From positions 375-64,374 of the forward strand of contig CAZQDR010000004.1 of NCBI GenBank assembly GCA_964591715.1: 64,000 bases of DNA, given 5' to 3'. Shown here piece by piece: positions 9,232 through 19,760 of this stretch. The DNA comes from an uncultured Candidatus Saccharibacteria bacterium. GTDB taxonomy: Bacteria > Patescibacteriota > Minisyncoccia > Phycocordibacterales > JACOZG01. The notes below the pieces were generated by a model. That model saw only the letters and a program-made list of their open reading frames with translations, was not told the DNA's origin and did not search any database. The first letter of the stretch is position 1; every line of letters starts with the position of its first letter. Both the position numbers and the translations under genes were made by a program.

Positions 9232-9306
9232 GGCGCCGTAGCCAAGTGGTAAGGCAAGGGTCTGCAAAACTCTTATACGCGGGTTCGATTCCCACCGGCG
9301 CCTCCA
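9232..9306 (+). tRNA. tRNA-Cys(GCA)
   Basis: Starts GGCGCCG; anticodon loop CT-GCA-AA; ends GGCGCC-T-CCA. Confidence 0.95.
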
Positions 9307-9307
9307 A

Positions 9308-9592
9308 CTAGTTTTGGCGTTCTAAGGCAAAGTCGAGATGGGGGACACGCTTAATCCGTAAGTGTTTTTGAATGTAGTCTTTAAGTTCAGTCCGGCGCCG
9401 TTTGGCGAAGTTGAGGGCAGCCTCGGCTTGATGATCGGGTAAAACGCCGATAATAATAATCGCCTGGTGGCCTTTGGCGAGGAGTTTAACATCAAGGACG
9501 GTGATAAGCGACAATCCGTTACCCTCGTGGTTTAAATATTCGGCCGCCAGCCGCTTTAATTGCGAAATTACTTTTTCGTCACGCACCGACAT
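9308..9592 (-). CDS. rbfA: Ribosome-binding factor A
   Basis: LITVLDV and LRIKRVPHLDF motifs; directly downstream of infB. Confidence 0.88.
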   Translation of the reverse strand: MSVRDEKVISQLKRLAAEYLNHEGNGLSLITVLDVKLLAKGHQAIIIIGVLPDHQAEAALNFAKRRRTELKDYIQKHLRIKRVPHLDFALERQN

Positions 9593-9594
9593 AA

Positions 9595-11094
9595 TTATTT
9601 CGTGGTTACTTCGATTACTTCCAAATAGTCACCGGCGGCGATGCTGACTTTCGACTCTACCATGGCGCCGAACTGGTGATCTTGCAAGACTTCTTTAGCG
9701 GCCAATTTTTGTTCCTGCAATTCAACTAATTTACCGCGGCCAATCTCGGCTTCGCGACGAATAATTTTAAAAGGTTTGTTGGGTTGGATCAGACCAGTGG
9801 TGACCACGCCACCCAAAACTTGTTTGCCCTTGCTCTCACCAAAAAGTTTAAGGACCTTGGCGCGACCAATCGTTTCTTCGGTTTCAATTTTGGGCGTGCG
9901 CTTGGTAATCTCTTCAGCCAGCCACTCCGAGAGTTTATAAATAATATCAAAGGTTTGCACCGGGATATGCAGCTTCTCCGCCAAGTCGGTGGCGGCGCGA
10001 TCCACGCGAACATTAAAGCCCAAGACGATTGAGTTGGGGGAGCCGCTGGCGAGTTTAATGTCATTTTCGGTCACGGCGCCTACTAAGACGGCTAAAATTT
10101 TGAGCTGGACGCGGGGACTGGCCAACTTGTTTAGTTCGCGTTCCACGGCTTCGGCTGAGCCAACGACGTCGGCTTTAATCAAGAGCGGCACCTCGATCAT
10201 ATTTTCACCAATCGGTGAGCTCTGAGCGCGGGCAGCTTTTGCCACCTTCGAGCGCTGTTCAAGTTCTGCAGCTTGCTCGGCCGATTTCTTATCGCTAAAA
10301 GTGCTAAAGCTAGCGCCCACGGGGGGTAATTCGCTAAAGCCGATCACTTGGGCCGGAGCGGAAAAAGTTAACTCTTTGGCGGCCTGGCCGAGGAAGTCGC
10401 GCAAAATTTTAACCTTGCTTAAAACGCCATCCACGACAATCCAGTCGCTCGGGTGGAGCGAACCATTTTTTATAATTAAAGTAGCGGAGATGCCGATCTT
10501 GGGGTCGAGATTGGCTTCCAAAATAAAACCGCTGGCTGGCATGGTTGGTCCACCTTGGAGCGTTTGCAGTTCGGCGACCAACAGCAAGAGATCAAGCAGT
10601 TCAGGTACACCATCGCCGGTTTTGGCCGAGATCTCGGCGGCGGGAATTTGGCCACCGTAACCCTCGATTAAAATTTCATTCTCGGCCAATTCTTGTTTAG
10701 TGCGCTCAATGTTGGCGTTCGGCTTATCAATTTTATTGATCGCGACAATGAAGGGGATCTTGGATTGTAAAATCGCTTTGTAAGCTTCGAGCGTTTGAGG
10801 TTTAACACCATCCTCAGCCGAGACGACTAAAATGGCAATATCAGCAATGCGGGCTCCGCGCTCCCGAATAGCGGTAAAAGCCTCGTGGCCAGGAGTGTCG
10901 AGAAAAGTGATCCGCTCTTTGCCGTGCAAAACCTCATAGGCGCTAACGGCTTGAGTAATACCGCCAGCCTCGCGGGCGACGATATTAGTTTTGCGGATGT
11001 AATCAAGCAGGGTCGATTTACCGTGGTCGATATGACCCATTACCACCACGACGGGCGGGCGCACGATTGTTTTGTTGTTTTGGGTGGTGGGCAT
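9595..11094 (-). CDS. infB: Translation initiation factor IF-2 (short form without the N-terminal domain)
   Basis: [35 protein letters not shown] and NKID motifs. Confidence 0.97.
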   Translation of the reverse strand: MPTTQNNKTIVRPPVVVVMGHIDHGKSTLLDYIRKTNIVAREAGGITQAVSAYEVLHGKERITFLDTPGHEAFTAIRERGARIADIAILVVSAEDGVKPQTLEAYKAILQSKIPFIVAINKIDKPNANIERTKQELAENEILIEGYGGQIPAAEISAKTGDGVPELLDLLLLVAELQTLQGGPTMPASGFILEANLDPKIGISATLIIKNGSLHPSDWIVVDGVLSKVKILRDFLGQAAKELTFSAPAQVIGFSELPPVGASFSTFSDKKSAEQAAELEQRSKVAKAARAQSSPIGENMIEVPLLIKADVVGSAEAVERELNKLASPRVQLKILAVLVGAVTENDIKLASGSPNSIVLGFNVRVDRAATDLAEKLHIPVQTFDIIYKLSEWLAEEITKRTPKIETEETIGRAKVLKLFGESKGKQVLGGVVTTGLIQPNKPFKIIRREAEIGRGKLVELQEQKLAAKEVLQDHQFGAMVESKVSIAAGDYLEVIEVTTK

Positions 11095-11115
11095 AATAGG
11101 TAGTCATAAGCACGG

Positions 11116-11568
11116 TTACTTGGCGAGAGACTCTCTCTCCTCGGCCGTTAACTCGTATTCGGAAGTGTACTTAACAATCGGCTTGGCGTAAACCCCGACT
11201 TTGTCGCGGGCATACAAGGTGGAGAGGACGGCACCGTTGCCATGTTCATCGAGGAGGGCGGTGGCAAAACTTTGATTGCCGCCCTGGCCCTCGCCGTGAA
11301 AAGGGTTAAACCGGATCGTCTTAACATGCTGAACGCTGTGCTGGAGACGCTCCTCCATGCTGATCAGGTGCTGTTTAATCTCCTCATTGATCCGATCGGT
11401 CTCGTTGACCTGCTTGCCGAGCTGACTGATCACTTCCTCAAGGCTCATGGCTGACTTGCCACGGAGGAATCGCTTCAGTCTTAACTCCAAACTAATGACC
11501 CAGACAAGAAAAACCACGAGCGCTAAGACTAAAAGCCCGAACACGAGTGTCGTTTGATCGAGGACCAT
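11116..11568 (-). CDS. Membrane-anchored coiled-coil protein (DUF4446-like)
   Basis: N-terminal TM; RFNPF..GGNQSFATALLDEHGNG; YAKPI; YELTAEE. Confidence 0.75.
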   Translation of the reverse strand: MVLDQTTLVFGLLVLALVVFLVWVISLELRLKRFLRGKSAMSLEEVISQLGKQVNETDRINEEIKQHLISMEERLQHSVQHVKTIRFNPFHGEGQGGNQSFATALLDEHGNGAVLSTLYARDKVGVYAKPIVKYTSEYELTAEERESLAK

Positions 11569-11599
11569 TGCCCTGCTATTATAGCCCGAAAGCTCTAAA

Positions 11600-12733
11600 A
11601 TGGCAAAAATAGCCCGAATTTACTTGGATACCGCCGCCGCCACGCCTCTTGATGGGCGGGTTAAGCGCGCCATGCTGTCGTACTTGGGCAGTCACTTTGG
11701 CAACCCTTCTAGTCTCCATGCCGAGGGCGTGGCGGCAGCGCGGGCGGTGCAAACCGCCCGGCAGCGAGCGGCCGCGGTGCTCGGTGTCCAGCCGGATGAA
11801 ATTATTTTTACCAGCGGCGGGACCGAGAGCAATAACTTGGCGCTGACCGCGGCCGCGGGTGGCGAAATAATCATCTCCGCAATCGAGCACGCTTCGGTTG
11901 TGGCGGCCGCCCCCGCTGCGATAGTGGTCCCCGTCGATGCTCGCGGGGTAATTGATTTGAAAAAGTTTAAATCCAGTCTCACGCCGCAAGCAAAGTTGGT
12001 TAGCGTGATTTATGCCAACAATGAGATTGGCACCATTCAACCCCTGGCGGAGATTGCCAAAATAATTCGCGCCCACCGCAAAATCCATCAGACCGCTTTT
12101 CCTTATCTCCACACCGACGCTTGTCAGGCCACGCGCTTCCTTGAACTTTTCGTACCGCGCTTGGGTGTGGACTTGCTAACCTTAAACGCCGCCAAAATTT
12201 ATGGACCAAAAGGGGTGGGACTGCTCTATGTTAAGCGTGGCGTTAAACTGTTGCCCTTGCAGCAAGGCGGCGGTCAAGAGGCCGGTCGACGCGCCGGCAC
12301 CGAGAACGTCGCCGGTATTATTGGTCTTGCCACGGCGCTTGAGTTGGCCGCCGCCTCGCGCCAGACCGAAGCGAAGCGTCTCGATCCTTTGCGAAATTAT
12401 TTTATTACCGAGCTGCAAAAAATTCCGGGTCTAAAAATTAACGGGACTGGACCCAATCAGTTGCCACATTTAGTGAACGTGACGGTTCCAGGCATCTTGG
12501 CTGAACAGATGGTGATCGAACTTGATGCGCGGGGCATTGCTCTATCCACTGGTTCGGCTTGTGCCATCGCCAGTCACGACGAGTCGTATGTTATAATGGC
12601 GCTAGGTCGGAGTAAAAAAGAAGCGGAACAGTCAGTGCGCTTCAGTTTCGATCGTACTACCACAAGGACGGAACTAAAGTACGTGCTAAAGATGATCAAA
12701 GAGGTGATTAAAAAATATCAAACTATAATCTAA
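11600..12733 (+). CDS. iscS: Cysteine desulfurase (IscS/NifS family)
   Basis: YLDTAAATP, GNPSSLH, FTSGGTESNN, KIYGPKG (PLP lysine) and STGSAC motifs. Confidence 0.92.
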   Translation: MAKIARIYLDTAAATPLDGRVKRAMLSYLGSHFGNPSSLHAEGVAAARAVQTARQRAAAVLGVQPDEIIFTSGGTESNNLALTAAAGGEIIISAIEHASVVAAAPAAIVVPVDARGVIDLKKFKSSLTPQAKLVSVIYANNEIGTIQPLAEIAKIIRAHRKIHQTAFPYLHTDACQATRFLELFVPRLGVDLLTLNAAKIYGPKGVGLLYVKRGVKLLPLQQGGGQEAGRRAGTENVAGIIGLATALELAAASRQTEAKRLDPLRNYFITELQKIPGLKINGTGPNQLPHLVNVTVPGILAEQMVIELDARGIALSTGSACAIASHDESYVIMALGRSKKEAEQSVRFSFDRTTTRTELKYVLKMIKEVIKKYQTII

Positions 12734-12739
12734 CACCCC

Positions 12740-13348
12740 ATGCACGAACTACCTTCACTGCCCTACAAATATAGTGACTTGGAACCGCACTTTGATGAGG
12801 AGACAATGCGCTTGCATCACACCAAGCATCACCAGACTTATATTGATAAGCTAAACGCCGCGCTCGAGCCTTATCCAGACCTGGCCGCGAAAGACATTTT
12901 CGTTTTGATGAAGGATTTAAGCGCCGTCCCAGAGGGTATCCGTAACGCTGTCCGCAATCATGGTGGGGGTCATTTAAATCATCTGTTGTGGTGGGAGTGG
13001 CTTTCACCAACACCGACCGAGCCAGGTGAGCAAACAATTGGTGCGCTGGATCAGGCATTTGGCAGTGTGGACGGTTTTAAAAAGCAGTTCACCGAGGCGG
13101 CTCTCGCCCGCTTTGGCTCGGGCTGGACCTGGTTGGTGAAGACCGACGGGGGACTAAAGATTGAAAGTACCGCCAATCAAGATACGCCCGTGAGTGAGGG
13201 TAAGGCGGTCATCTTTGGCGTTGATGTTTGGGAGCACGCTTATTATTTAAAATATCAGAACCGGCGCGCTGACTATTTGGCCGCTCTTTGGTCAATAGTT
13301 AACTGGACAAAGTTTGAGCAAGCGCTTACGGCCTCGGTTGCGAAATGA
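12740..13348 (+). CDS. sodA: Fe/Mn superoxide dismutase
   Basis: HHTKHHQTY, NHGGGHLNH and DVWEHAYY motifs. Confidence 0.95.
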   Translation: MHELPSLPYKYSDLEPHFDEETMRLHHTKHHQTYIDKLNAALEPYPDLAAKDIFVLMKDLSAVPEGIRNAVRNHGGGHLNHLLWWEWLSPTPTEPGEQTIGALDQAFGSVDGFKKQFTEAALARFGSGWTWLVKTDGGLKIESTANQDTPVSEGKAVIFGVDVWEHAYYLKYQNRRADYLAALWSIVNWTKFEQALTASVAK

Positions 13349-13376
13349 CCAATAATATTGTATTATTTAAAATTAA

Positions 13377-14207
13377 ATGGAAGAACTAAATAAGAACCAA
13401 ATAGTCTTGCTGGTGCTCCTGGTAAGCTTTGTTACCTCGATTGCCACGGGTATTGTGACTGTTACTTTGATGGACCAGGCGCCGCCAGGCTTAACTCAGA
13501 CGGTTAACCGCGTGGTTGAACATACTATTGAGCGCGTGGTGCCGGGCGAAGTGCGCACCACCACTGTTGTTAAGGAGGTACCAGTTTTAATTACCGAGGA
13601 ACAAATTATTTCTGACTTAGTCCAGAGCGCTTCGCCAGCGATTGTGGAGGTGACCTCTGTTGATGGCTCAAAAGTTTTGGGTAGTGCTTTTATTACTTCA
13701 ACCGCTGGCGAAATAGTCACCGCCGCCCACTTGCTTGGCCCCGGCCTCTCTAATGGCCAAAAGTTTGCGATTGTCTTAAGGCAAGGTCAAAAAATGGATG
13801 TGCAATTAATGAAATTCTCACCCGAAAGTGATATAGCTATCTTGCAGGCTGACGGAAGTAAGCTAGCGGAGATTGCCGCAGCGGCCAAGTCCGCTAACGC
13901 CACCTCAACCGCTAAAGCTTGGACGGCGCTTGAGCTCGCTGAAACGGAAAGCTTCCCTGGTCAGACTGTCGTGACTCTCGGATCATCAGTTGAGGGGCCG
14001 ATCAATGTTACCGGCGGTATCGTCTCATCGATTGTAACATCTGCCTCCTCTCCGGATATTGTATCTATTAAGACCAACGCGGTTAATGAGATCAGTTTGG
14101 GTGGACCTGTACTTAACACCAAAGGCAAAGTTATTGGTGTAAGTACCACAAACGGGTCAGCGGTTGCGACGAGGTCAATTAAGGATTTACTAGCCACTAA
14201 TCCCTAA
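13377..14207 (+). CDS. Membrane-anchored trypsin-like (S1C/HtrA-like) domain protein, probably inactive
   Basis: TAAH and SDIAIL present; the nucleophile motif reads EISLGGP instead of GNSGGP. Confidence 0.75.
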   Translation: MEELNKNQIVLLVLLVSFVTSIATGIVTVTLMDQAPPGLTQTVNRVVEHTIERVVPGEVRTTTVVKEVPVLITEEQIISDLVQSASPAIVEVTSVDGSKVLGSAFITSTAGEIVTAAHLLGPGLSNGQKFAIVLRQGQKMDVQLMKFSPESDIAILQADGSKLAEIAAAAKSANATSTAKAWTALELAETESFPGQTVVTLGSSVEGPINVTGGIVSSIVTSASSPDIVSIKTNAVNEISLGGPVLNTKGKVIGVSTTNGSAVATRSIKDLLATNP

Positions 14208-14218
14208 CCAAAAAATTT

Positions 14219-16912
14219 ATGCCTCCGCCATTCTCAAACTTTACTTCCAAGGCCAAAGAAGTGATTCGCAAAACTCATGAGTTGGCTATTGAACGCGGCC
14301 AAAATCAAGTTGGGCCGGTTCACCTTTTGGCGGCGCTGTTGTTGCAGGATGAGAGCGTTTTCGTTTCTATCCTCGACAAAATCGAGATTGATACGATTAT
14401 GCTGACGGATTTTGTGATTGAAAATCTGGATGGTGGCGAGCCAGCGACCGTTGTCTCCGCTTCGTACCAAATTTATTTAACACCCGAGCTGGTGCGGGTT
14501 TTTGATACCTCCGCCAAGATTGCCACTAACATGAGCGATGAGTTTGTTTCGACCGAGCACTTACTTTTGGCGCTTTTAGAAACACCAAATCAGGCGCACG
14601 AGATCTTGCAGCGTTTCCGGGTTAACAAAGATCGGGTTTTGAAGGTGATCCAGGATTTACGCGAGAACAAAGATCGGGAAGTCGAGCAGCCCAAAAAAAT
14701 GAAATCAATCGAAAAATTTACCAAAAACCTAACTGATCTAGCCCGGCAAGACAAACTTGATCCGGTGATTGGCCGCGAGGAGGAAGTTCAGCGCATTATG
14801 GAAATATTGTCTCGCCGCACAAAGAACAATCCGATTTTGATTGGTGAGGCTGGTGTTGGTAAGACGGCGATTGCTGAAGGTCTAGCGATTAAAATTGCCC
14901 GTGGCGATGTACCCGAGTCATTGCGTGACAAAGAGTTGGTGTCTTTGGATCTGGGCCTTTTGGTTGCCGGCACTAAATATCGCGGTGAGTTTGAGGAGCG
15001 CCTGAAGAATGTCTTAAAAGAGATTGAGAAGGCGGACAATAAAATAATTGTCTTTATTGATGAGATCCACACGATTGTGGGCGCGGGCGCGGCCGAAGGG
15101 GCGATTGATGCTTCAAATATGTTAAAGCCGGCCTTGGCCCGCGGGGAGTTGCGAGCGATTGGTGCCACCACGATTAAGGAGTATCAAAAACATATTGAAC
15201 GGGATCAGGCGCTGACACGACGCTTCCAGCCTGTGTACGTGGAGGAGCCAAGTATTGATGATGCGGTGACCATTTTACGTGGCTTAAAGCCAAAGTACGA
15301 GGCTCATCATGGTATTCATATTACTGACGCGGCCATTGTAGCGGCGGTGACGCTCTCGAGCCGCTATATAACCGACCGATTTTTACCAGACAAAGCCATC
15401 GATTTAATTGATGAGGCTTCATCGGCTTTGCGTTTGCAATTGGAGAACAAGCCTCAGTCGCTGGAAACGGCGGATACGGCCATTATGAAACTGGAAGTTG
15501 AGAAAGAAGCCCTGAAGCGTGAGGTAGCTGGTAATGATGATAAGAAGGCCAAAGCCCGAATTAAAATTATTGACCGGGAGGTGGGTGAGTTGCGCGAGGA
15601 AGTCAGTGAGCTCGAGTTAAAGTGGAAAAATGAGAAGCAAGTTATTGGCGAGCTGAAGACTTTGAAGCGCGATCTTGACCAGTTACGACTGGAGGCAGAT
15701 CACGCGGAAATGCGCGCCGATCTCTCTCGGGCTGCCGAAATTCGCTATGGCAAAATTCCCGAAGTGGAGAAACAGTTAAAGGCTCGCGAAGCTCGCCTTA
15801 AGAAGCTCCAAACTTCGCGGCGGATTTTGAAAGAGGAGATTACCGAAGAGGATATCGCCAGTGTCGTGGCGCGCTGGACGCATATCCCAGTGATGAAGAT
15901 GCTGGAGAGCGAGTCAACAAAGTTATCGCAAATCGATGACGCTTTGCGCTCACGGGTGCGTGGTCAGGATGAAGCGATTCAAAAGATTGCCGAGGCCGTA
16001 AAGCGCTCCCGTGCTGGTGTAGGCGATCCCGACCGACCGATTGGCTCCTTCATGCTCTTAGGCCCAACGGGCGTGGGTAAAACGGAACTTGCTAAGGCGC
16101 TCGCTAATTTTATGTTTAATGATGAGAAGTCGCTCGTCCGTATCGATATGAGCGAATACATGGAGAAGTACTCCGTCTCTAAAATGATTGGGTCGCCGCC
16201 GGGTTATGTTGGTTATGAGGAGGGCGGCTCTCTCACCGAGACCGTGCGCCATCGACCATACTCGGTCCTACTCTTTGATGAAATTGAGAAGGCTCATCCG
16301 GAAGTCTTCAACATTCTCTTGCAGGTACTCGACAACGGTCGCTTAACAGACTCGAAGGGTCGGACCGTCAACTTCAAAAATACGATTATCTTGCTGACCT
16401 CCAACCTAGGTAGCGAGTTCATGACGCGCTTGCAGCGGATCGGCTTCTCGGCGCTGGGTAACACTGGCGACTTTGAGGACGTGAAGACGCGGATTATGGA
16501 AACGCTGAAAGGGCACTTCCGTCCGGAATTCTTGAATCGCTTGGATGATGTGATTATCTTTAATCCGCTTAAGCCAGAAGTGATTCGGGAGATTGTGGAT
16601 CTGCAATTAAATGTGGTGCGCGAGCGGCTCAAGAATAAAAATCTCGAACTGGAGGTGTCATTGGCTGTCGTGGAATACTTGGCCAAGGAGGGCTTTAGTG
16701 CTGAGTATGGCGTCCGCCCGCTCAAACGTTTGATTCAAAATAAAATTCTTAATTTGGTGGCGGAGTTTATTATTGCCCGAAAGGTGGAAAATGGTGGCGT
16801 CTTGGCTGTTGAGCTCAAGAATGGCTTACCCTCGATCGAGATTCGCCGGACCTTTAGAGGGTCAAAGCGCTCCATCCATCGTCCAGCTCCAGTGGGTTCA
16901 CCAGTCAAGTAA
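14219..16912 (+). CDS. clpB: ATP-dependent chaperone ClpB
   Basis: Clp N domain, GEAGVGKT, long middle coiled coil and GPTGVGKT. Confidence 0.95.
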   Translation: MPPPFSNFTSKAKEVIRKTHELAIERGQNQVGPVHLLAALLLQDESVFVSILDKIEIDTIMLTDFVIENLDGGEPATVVSASYQIYLTPELVRVFDTSAKIATNMSDEFVSTEHLLLALLETPNQAHEILQRFRVNKDRVLKVIQDLRENKDREVEQPKKMKSIEKFTKNLTDLARQDKLDPVIGREEEVQRIMEILSRRTKNNPILIGEAGVGKTAIAEGLAIKIARGDVPESLRDKELVSLDLGLLVAGTKYRGEFEERLKNVLKEIEKADNKIIVFIDEIHTIVGAGAAEGAIDASNMLKPALARGELRAIGATTIKEYQKHIERDQALTRRFQPVYVEEPSIDDAVTILRGLKPKYEAHHGIHITDAAIVAAVTLSSRYITDRFLPDKAIDLIDEASSALRLQLENKPQSLETADTAIMKLEVEKEALKREVAGNDDKKAKARIKIIDREVGELREEVSELELKWKNEKQVIGELKTLKRDLDQLRLEADHAEMRADLSRAAEIRYGKIPEVEKQLKAREARLKKLQTSRRILKEEITEEDIASVVARWTHIPVMKMLESESTKLSQIDDALRSRVRGQDEAIQKIAEAVKRSRAGVGDPDRPIGSFMLLGPTGVGKTELAKALANFMFNDEKSLVRIDMSEYMEKYSVSKMIGSPPGYVGYEEGGSLTETVRHRPYSVLLFDEIEKAHPEVFNILLQVLDNGRLTDSKGRTVNFKNTIILLTSNLGSEFMTRLQRIGFSALGNTGDFEDVKTRIMETLKGHFRPEFLNRLDDVIIFNPLKPEVIREIVDLQLNVVRERLKNKNLELEVSLAVVEYLAKEGFSAEYGVRPLKRLIQNKILNLVAEFIIARKVENGGVLAVELKNGLPSIEIRRTFRGSKRSIHRPAPVGSPVK

Positions 16913-16980
16913 ACAATTGACGTCTTCATCTTGGTGCGGTAGATTAATTTTAGCGCAGACCTTTCATAAGGTGCTAGAGG

Positions 16981-17292
16981 ATGTTGCAAGTAGGTTGTGA
17001 GGATCGTAGTATCGTGACCATAGGTTGGCTCGAGGCCGAATTTGAAGCGGCCGGACAAGTGGAGGGTCCAGGTTGGCTCGTCCTGATCAAGAATCTCAGG
17101 CGAAAGAGGGGAGACAGTTACTTCCTCTTTCAGCGGCTGGGAACCAGCAATGAGGTGCAAAACCTCAAGCAGGAATTAGCCACTTCTCCAAAGCTCAAGC
17201 TGCTAGCCGGCTTCGATCTTGCTGGCCAGAGCCTGACGGAGCAAGTGGCTCGTCTCGACTTTCACTTCCCCCTCGCTTGGGAAGCCGCCTGA
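16981..17292 (+). CDS. Hypothetical protein (accessory cassette)
   Basis: TTGACG upstream, AGAGG RBS, terminator at 17315-17343. Confidence 0.6.
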   Translation: MLQVGCEDRSIVTIGWLEAEFEAAGQVEGPGWLVLIKNLRRKRGDSYFLFQRLGTSNEVQNLKQELATSPKLKLLAGFDLAGQSLTEQVARLDFHFPLAWEAA

Positions 17293-17314
17293 CGCTCGCA
17301 CCCCGACGTTAGGC

Positions 17315-17343
17315 AAAAAGCACCGCCCCTGCGGTGCTTTTTT
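17315..17343. terminator. Bidirectional intrinsic terminator
   Basis: A5-GCACCGC-ccct-GCGGTGC-T6. Confidence 0.85.
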
Positions 17344-17372
17344 GATACCATTCAAAATATAAATCCGGAAAT

Positions 17373-17459
17373 TGGTGCGCCGGGTAGGATTCGAACCTAC
17401 GTAGCCCGAAGGGCGACAGATTTACAGTCTGTTGCGATTGACCACTCCGCCACCGACGC
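17373..17459 (-). tRNA. tRNA-Tyr(GTA)
   Basis: Anticodon arm ACAGA-CTGTAAA-TCTGT; long variable arm; CCA encoded. Confidence 0.95.
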
Positions 17460-17601
17460 GCATAGGGGATTATAGCAAAGTTTGACAAAAAACCAATCTA
17501 AGGTTGACATTTAAACTCAACCATGGTAAGATATAAGCAGTTGGCTATCGTGGGGATAGCCTTGACCTGCGGGGGCAGGAAGATCTTAAAAAGGGGGAGT
17601 A

Positions 17602-18030
17602 ATGATGTACGAGTTGAAAGAAAGTCTGGAGCGTTGGTCGCGGATCACTCGTCCGGCGTCCGAGCTTCGCTTGGTGGTGAGATTTACTCACCACGAGCTG
17701 ATCAACAAGCTGGTCAGATTAGCGAGTTACGCCGACCAGGTGCAATTCCTGGGACGGTTTGTGCGGCTTTGGCGAGAGGGGCGAACGGAGGAGTTCGTGG
17801 CCCTGATTCCATGGCTGGATCGCAAACACACCCAGAGTTTTCTGGCCTGGGTGGGCAATCCGCTGGCGGTTGATCAATCCGCCAAGGGTAGCCTCGTGAC
17901 CTGTCGGTGTCGGGTTGTCCGGACCGAGATCCCGGCCGATATCCAAGCCGAGCTAGACGCCGAGGCTGCGTTCTACGGCATACTCTTCTGGTGTGCCGGA
18001 AGGACTACTGACATTCCTGTCTTGTGCTGA
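17602..18030 (+). CDS. Hypothetical protein (accessory cassette)
   Basis: TTGACA promoter near 17504 and AAGGGGGAG RBS; 142 aa. Confidence 0.6.
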   Translation: MMYELKESLERWSRITRPASELRLVVRFTHHELINKLVRLASYADQVQFLGRFVRLWREGRTEEFVALIPWLDRKHTQSFLAWVGNPLAVDQSAKGSLVTCRCRVVRTEIPADIQAELDAEAAFYGILFWCAGRTTDIPVLC

Positions 18031-18099
18031 CCTACTGCAACCTTGTCGCTTTCGAGCGCGAGGTTGCTTTTTTTGTCCAGCTCTAGTACACTATCGCCC

Positions 18100-18258
18100 A
18101 TGTCACAGGATCAATTGATCAAGCTGGCCTGCAGCACTTGTAAGCGCATCAATTATTGGAGCCGCAAGAACCGCAAGCTGGTTGAACGAAAAATCGAACT
18201 CAAGAAGTACTGCAAATGGTGTAAGAAGCACACCAAGCATAAGGAGATCAAAAAATAA
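18100..18258 (+). CDS. rpmG: 50S ribosomal protein L33 (Zn-binding form)
   Basis: IKLACSTC...NYWSRKN...IELKKYCKWCKKHTKHKE. Confidence 0.95.
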   Translation: MSQDQLIKLACSTCKRINYWSRKNRKLVERKIELKKYCKWCKKHTKHKEIKK

Positions 18259-18308
18259 GCCGCTCGGCTTTAGCATTTCTTAATATACAGCAGGAAAGAT
18301 ACGACAGT

Positions 18309-18422
18309 ATGGATGCACTCAAAGGAATTTTAACTGTGGTTTTTTGGCTTTTTTTGGTGGCTATTGGCAAGCTGGGGGAAAGCGTATTTAAGCTCGTCAG
18401 TAGCAACAAAGACAGCAAATAG
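18309..18422 (+). CDS. Small putative membrane peptide (37 aa), not in the ORF track
   Basis: MDALKGILTVVFWLFLVAIGKLGESVFKLVSSNKDSK; fills the rpmG-tRNA-Trp gap. Confidence 0.45.
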   Translation: MDALKGILTVVFWLFLVAIGKLGESVFKLVSSNKDSK

Positions 18423-18471
18423 ACTGCCCAAGCTTTTTATTTTGCCTCAAATCGGCTACTATAAAACTGCT

Positions 18472-18543
18472 GGGCCTATAGTTTCAATGGTAAAACATCG
18501 GTCTCCAAAACCGAGGTTGCAGGTTCGAGTCCTGCTGGGCCCG
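18472..18543 (+). tRNA. tRNA-Trp(CCA)
   Basis: Anticodon arm TCGGT-CTCCAAA-ACCGA; GGTTCGAGTCC. Confidence 0.95.
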
Positions 18544-18586
18544 CTCTAATATTCCCAAAAAAGTTATCTCTGATATACTGAACCGC

Positions 18587-19375
18587 ATGTCTCAAGAACA
18601 ACCAGCTTCCAACGAAGCCGAATTATCGGGTCGTGAACGTCGTCGTTTGCGCCGTGAGGCCATGCGTAGTGGCGAGAGTGTACCTGGCAGCTCAACTGGA
18701 TTTAAAACGGCCGGCATCTGGATTGCGGTTGTCGTTGTTCTTTTACTTATTGTTGGTGGGATCGTAGCGCTCGTAGCCGGCGGCAGTAAGCCGCCGGTGG
18801 ATATTGGGCTTGCGGTACCAGTGCATGCGGGCGATTGGACCACTGGCGCTTCGTTGGCTACGACAACGGCCACCACCACAACTATCTCGCTGGTGGAGTA
18901 TAGCGACTACCAGTGCCCTGCTTGTGCCTATTATCACCCGTGGGTAAAGCAGCTGCTCACTGATGTTCCTGAACTGGCTTTTACTTATCGACATTTCCCA
19001 CTCTCGCAGATCCACAAAAATGCTGAACCGGCCGCCCGCGCGGCCGAGGCAGCTGGCCGTCAGGGTCGTTATTGGGAGATGCATGATTTGCTTTTTGAAC
19101 ATCAGGCTGAATGGTCGGAGGAGACAGCGCCCAAGGCCGAGGCTATGTTTACGCAGTACGCTGAATCAGTTGGGGTTAATCTAATGGAATTTAAGAAGGA
19201 TATGTCTAGTGATTTTGTGAAGAACAAAGTCTCGAGCGACTTTCAGACCGGTGTTCAGTCGGCAGTCAATGCGACCCCCACCTTCTTCTTGAACGGAAAA
19301 TTTATCAATAATCCTCGCAGCTATAATGAATTTCTCGAGCTTGTTAAAGGCACCAGTACTGCTCCTCGGATTTAG
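18587..19375 (+). CDS. DsbA-family thiol-disulfide oxidoreductase
   Basis: TM anchor; EYSDYQCPAC; YRHFPL; cis-Pro loop ATPTF. Confidence 0.92.
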   Translation: MSQEQPASNEAELSGRERRRLRREAMRSGESVPGSSTGFKTAGIWIAVVVVLLLIVGGIVALVAGGSKPPVDIGLAVPVHAGDWTTGASLATTTATTTTISLVEYSDYQCPACAYYHPWVKQLLTDVPELAFTYRHFPLSQIHKNAEPAARAAEAAGRQGRYWEMHDLLFEHQAEWSEETAPKAEAMFTQYAESVGVNLMEFKKDMSSDFVKNKVSSDFQTGVQSAVNATPTFFLNGKFINNPRSYNEFLELVKGTSTAPRI

Positions 19376-19760
19376 TCTCATTGGTTTTGTTGACGCAACT
19401 TATCTAACGGTTAGCCATTTTACTGGTGCAAATTTGCCTTGCCGACTCTTTGATGGTTGTGACTTGGTAACGACTAGCACTTACTCTACAATTGGTCCGA
19501 TCCCGGTGGCCGTGCTCGGTGTCCTCTTTTACCTGAGTGTTTTTGTTTTGGCACTCGCTTATCTTTTGTATCAAAATCCCAGAATTCCCCAGCTGTTGCT
19601 AGTGATAGGCTCGCTGGGATTTTTGGCTACGCTTTACTTTGTGTCCTTACAGCTGTGGGTGATTAAGGCCATTTGCTTGTATTGCATGATCTCTGCGGTG
19701 CTATCCACTGCCATCTTTCTCACGACCCTGTATAATAAACGCAAAGCCCAAGCGGTATGA
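19326..19760 (+). CDS. Vitamin K epoxide reductase (VKOR) family protein
   Basis: Loop cysteines (CRLFDGC) and CLYC active site; adjacent to dsbA. Confidence 0.9.
   Translation: MNFSSLLKAPVLLLGFSLIGFVDATYLTVSHFTGANLPCRLFDGCDLVTTSTYSTIGPIPVAVLGVLFYLSVFVLALAYLLYQNPRIPQLLLVIGSLGFLATLYFVSLQLWVIKAICLYCMISAVLSTAIFLTTLYNKRKAQAV

Noticed and set aside
8798-9267. Short ORFs over the tRNA cluster (also 18364-18549 and 23332-23562)
   Set aside because: They merely translate tRNA genes
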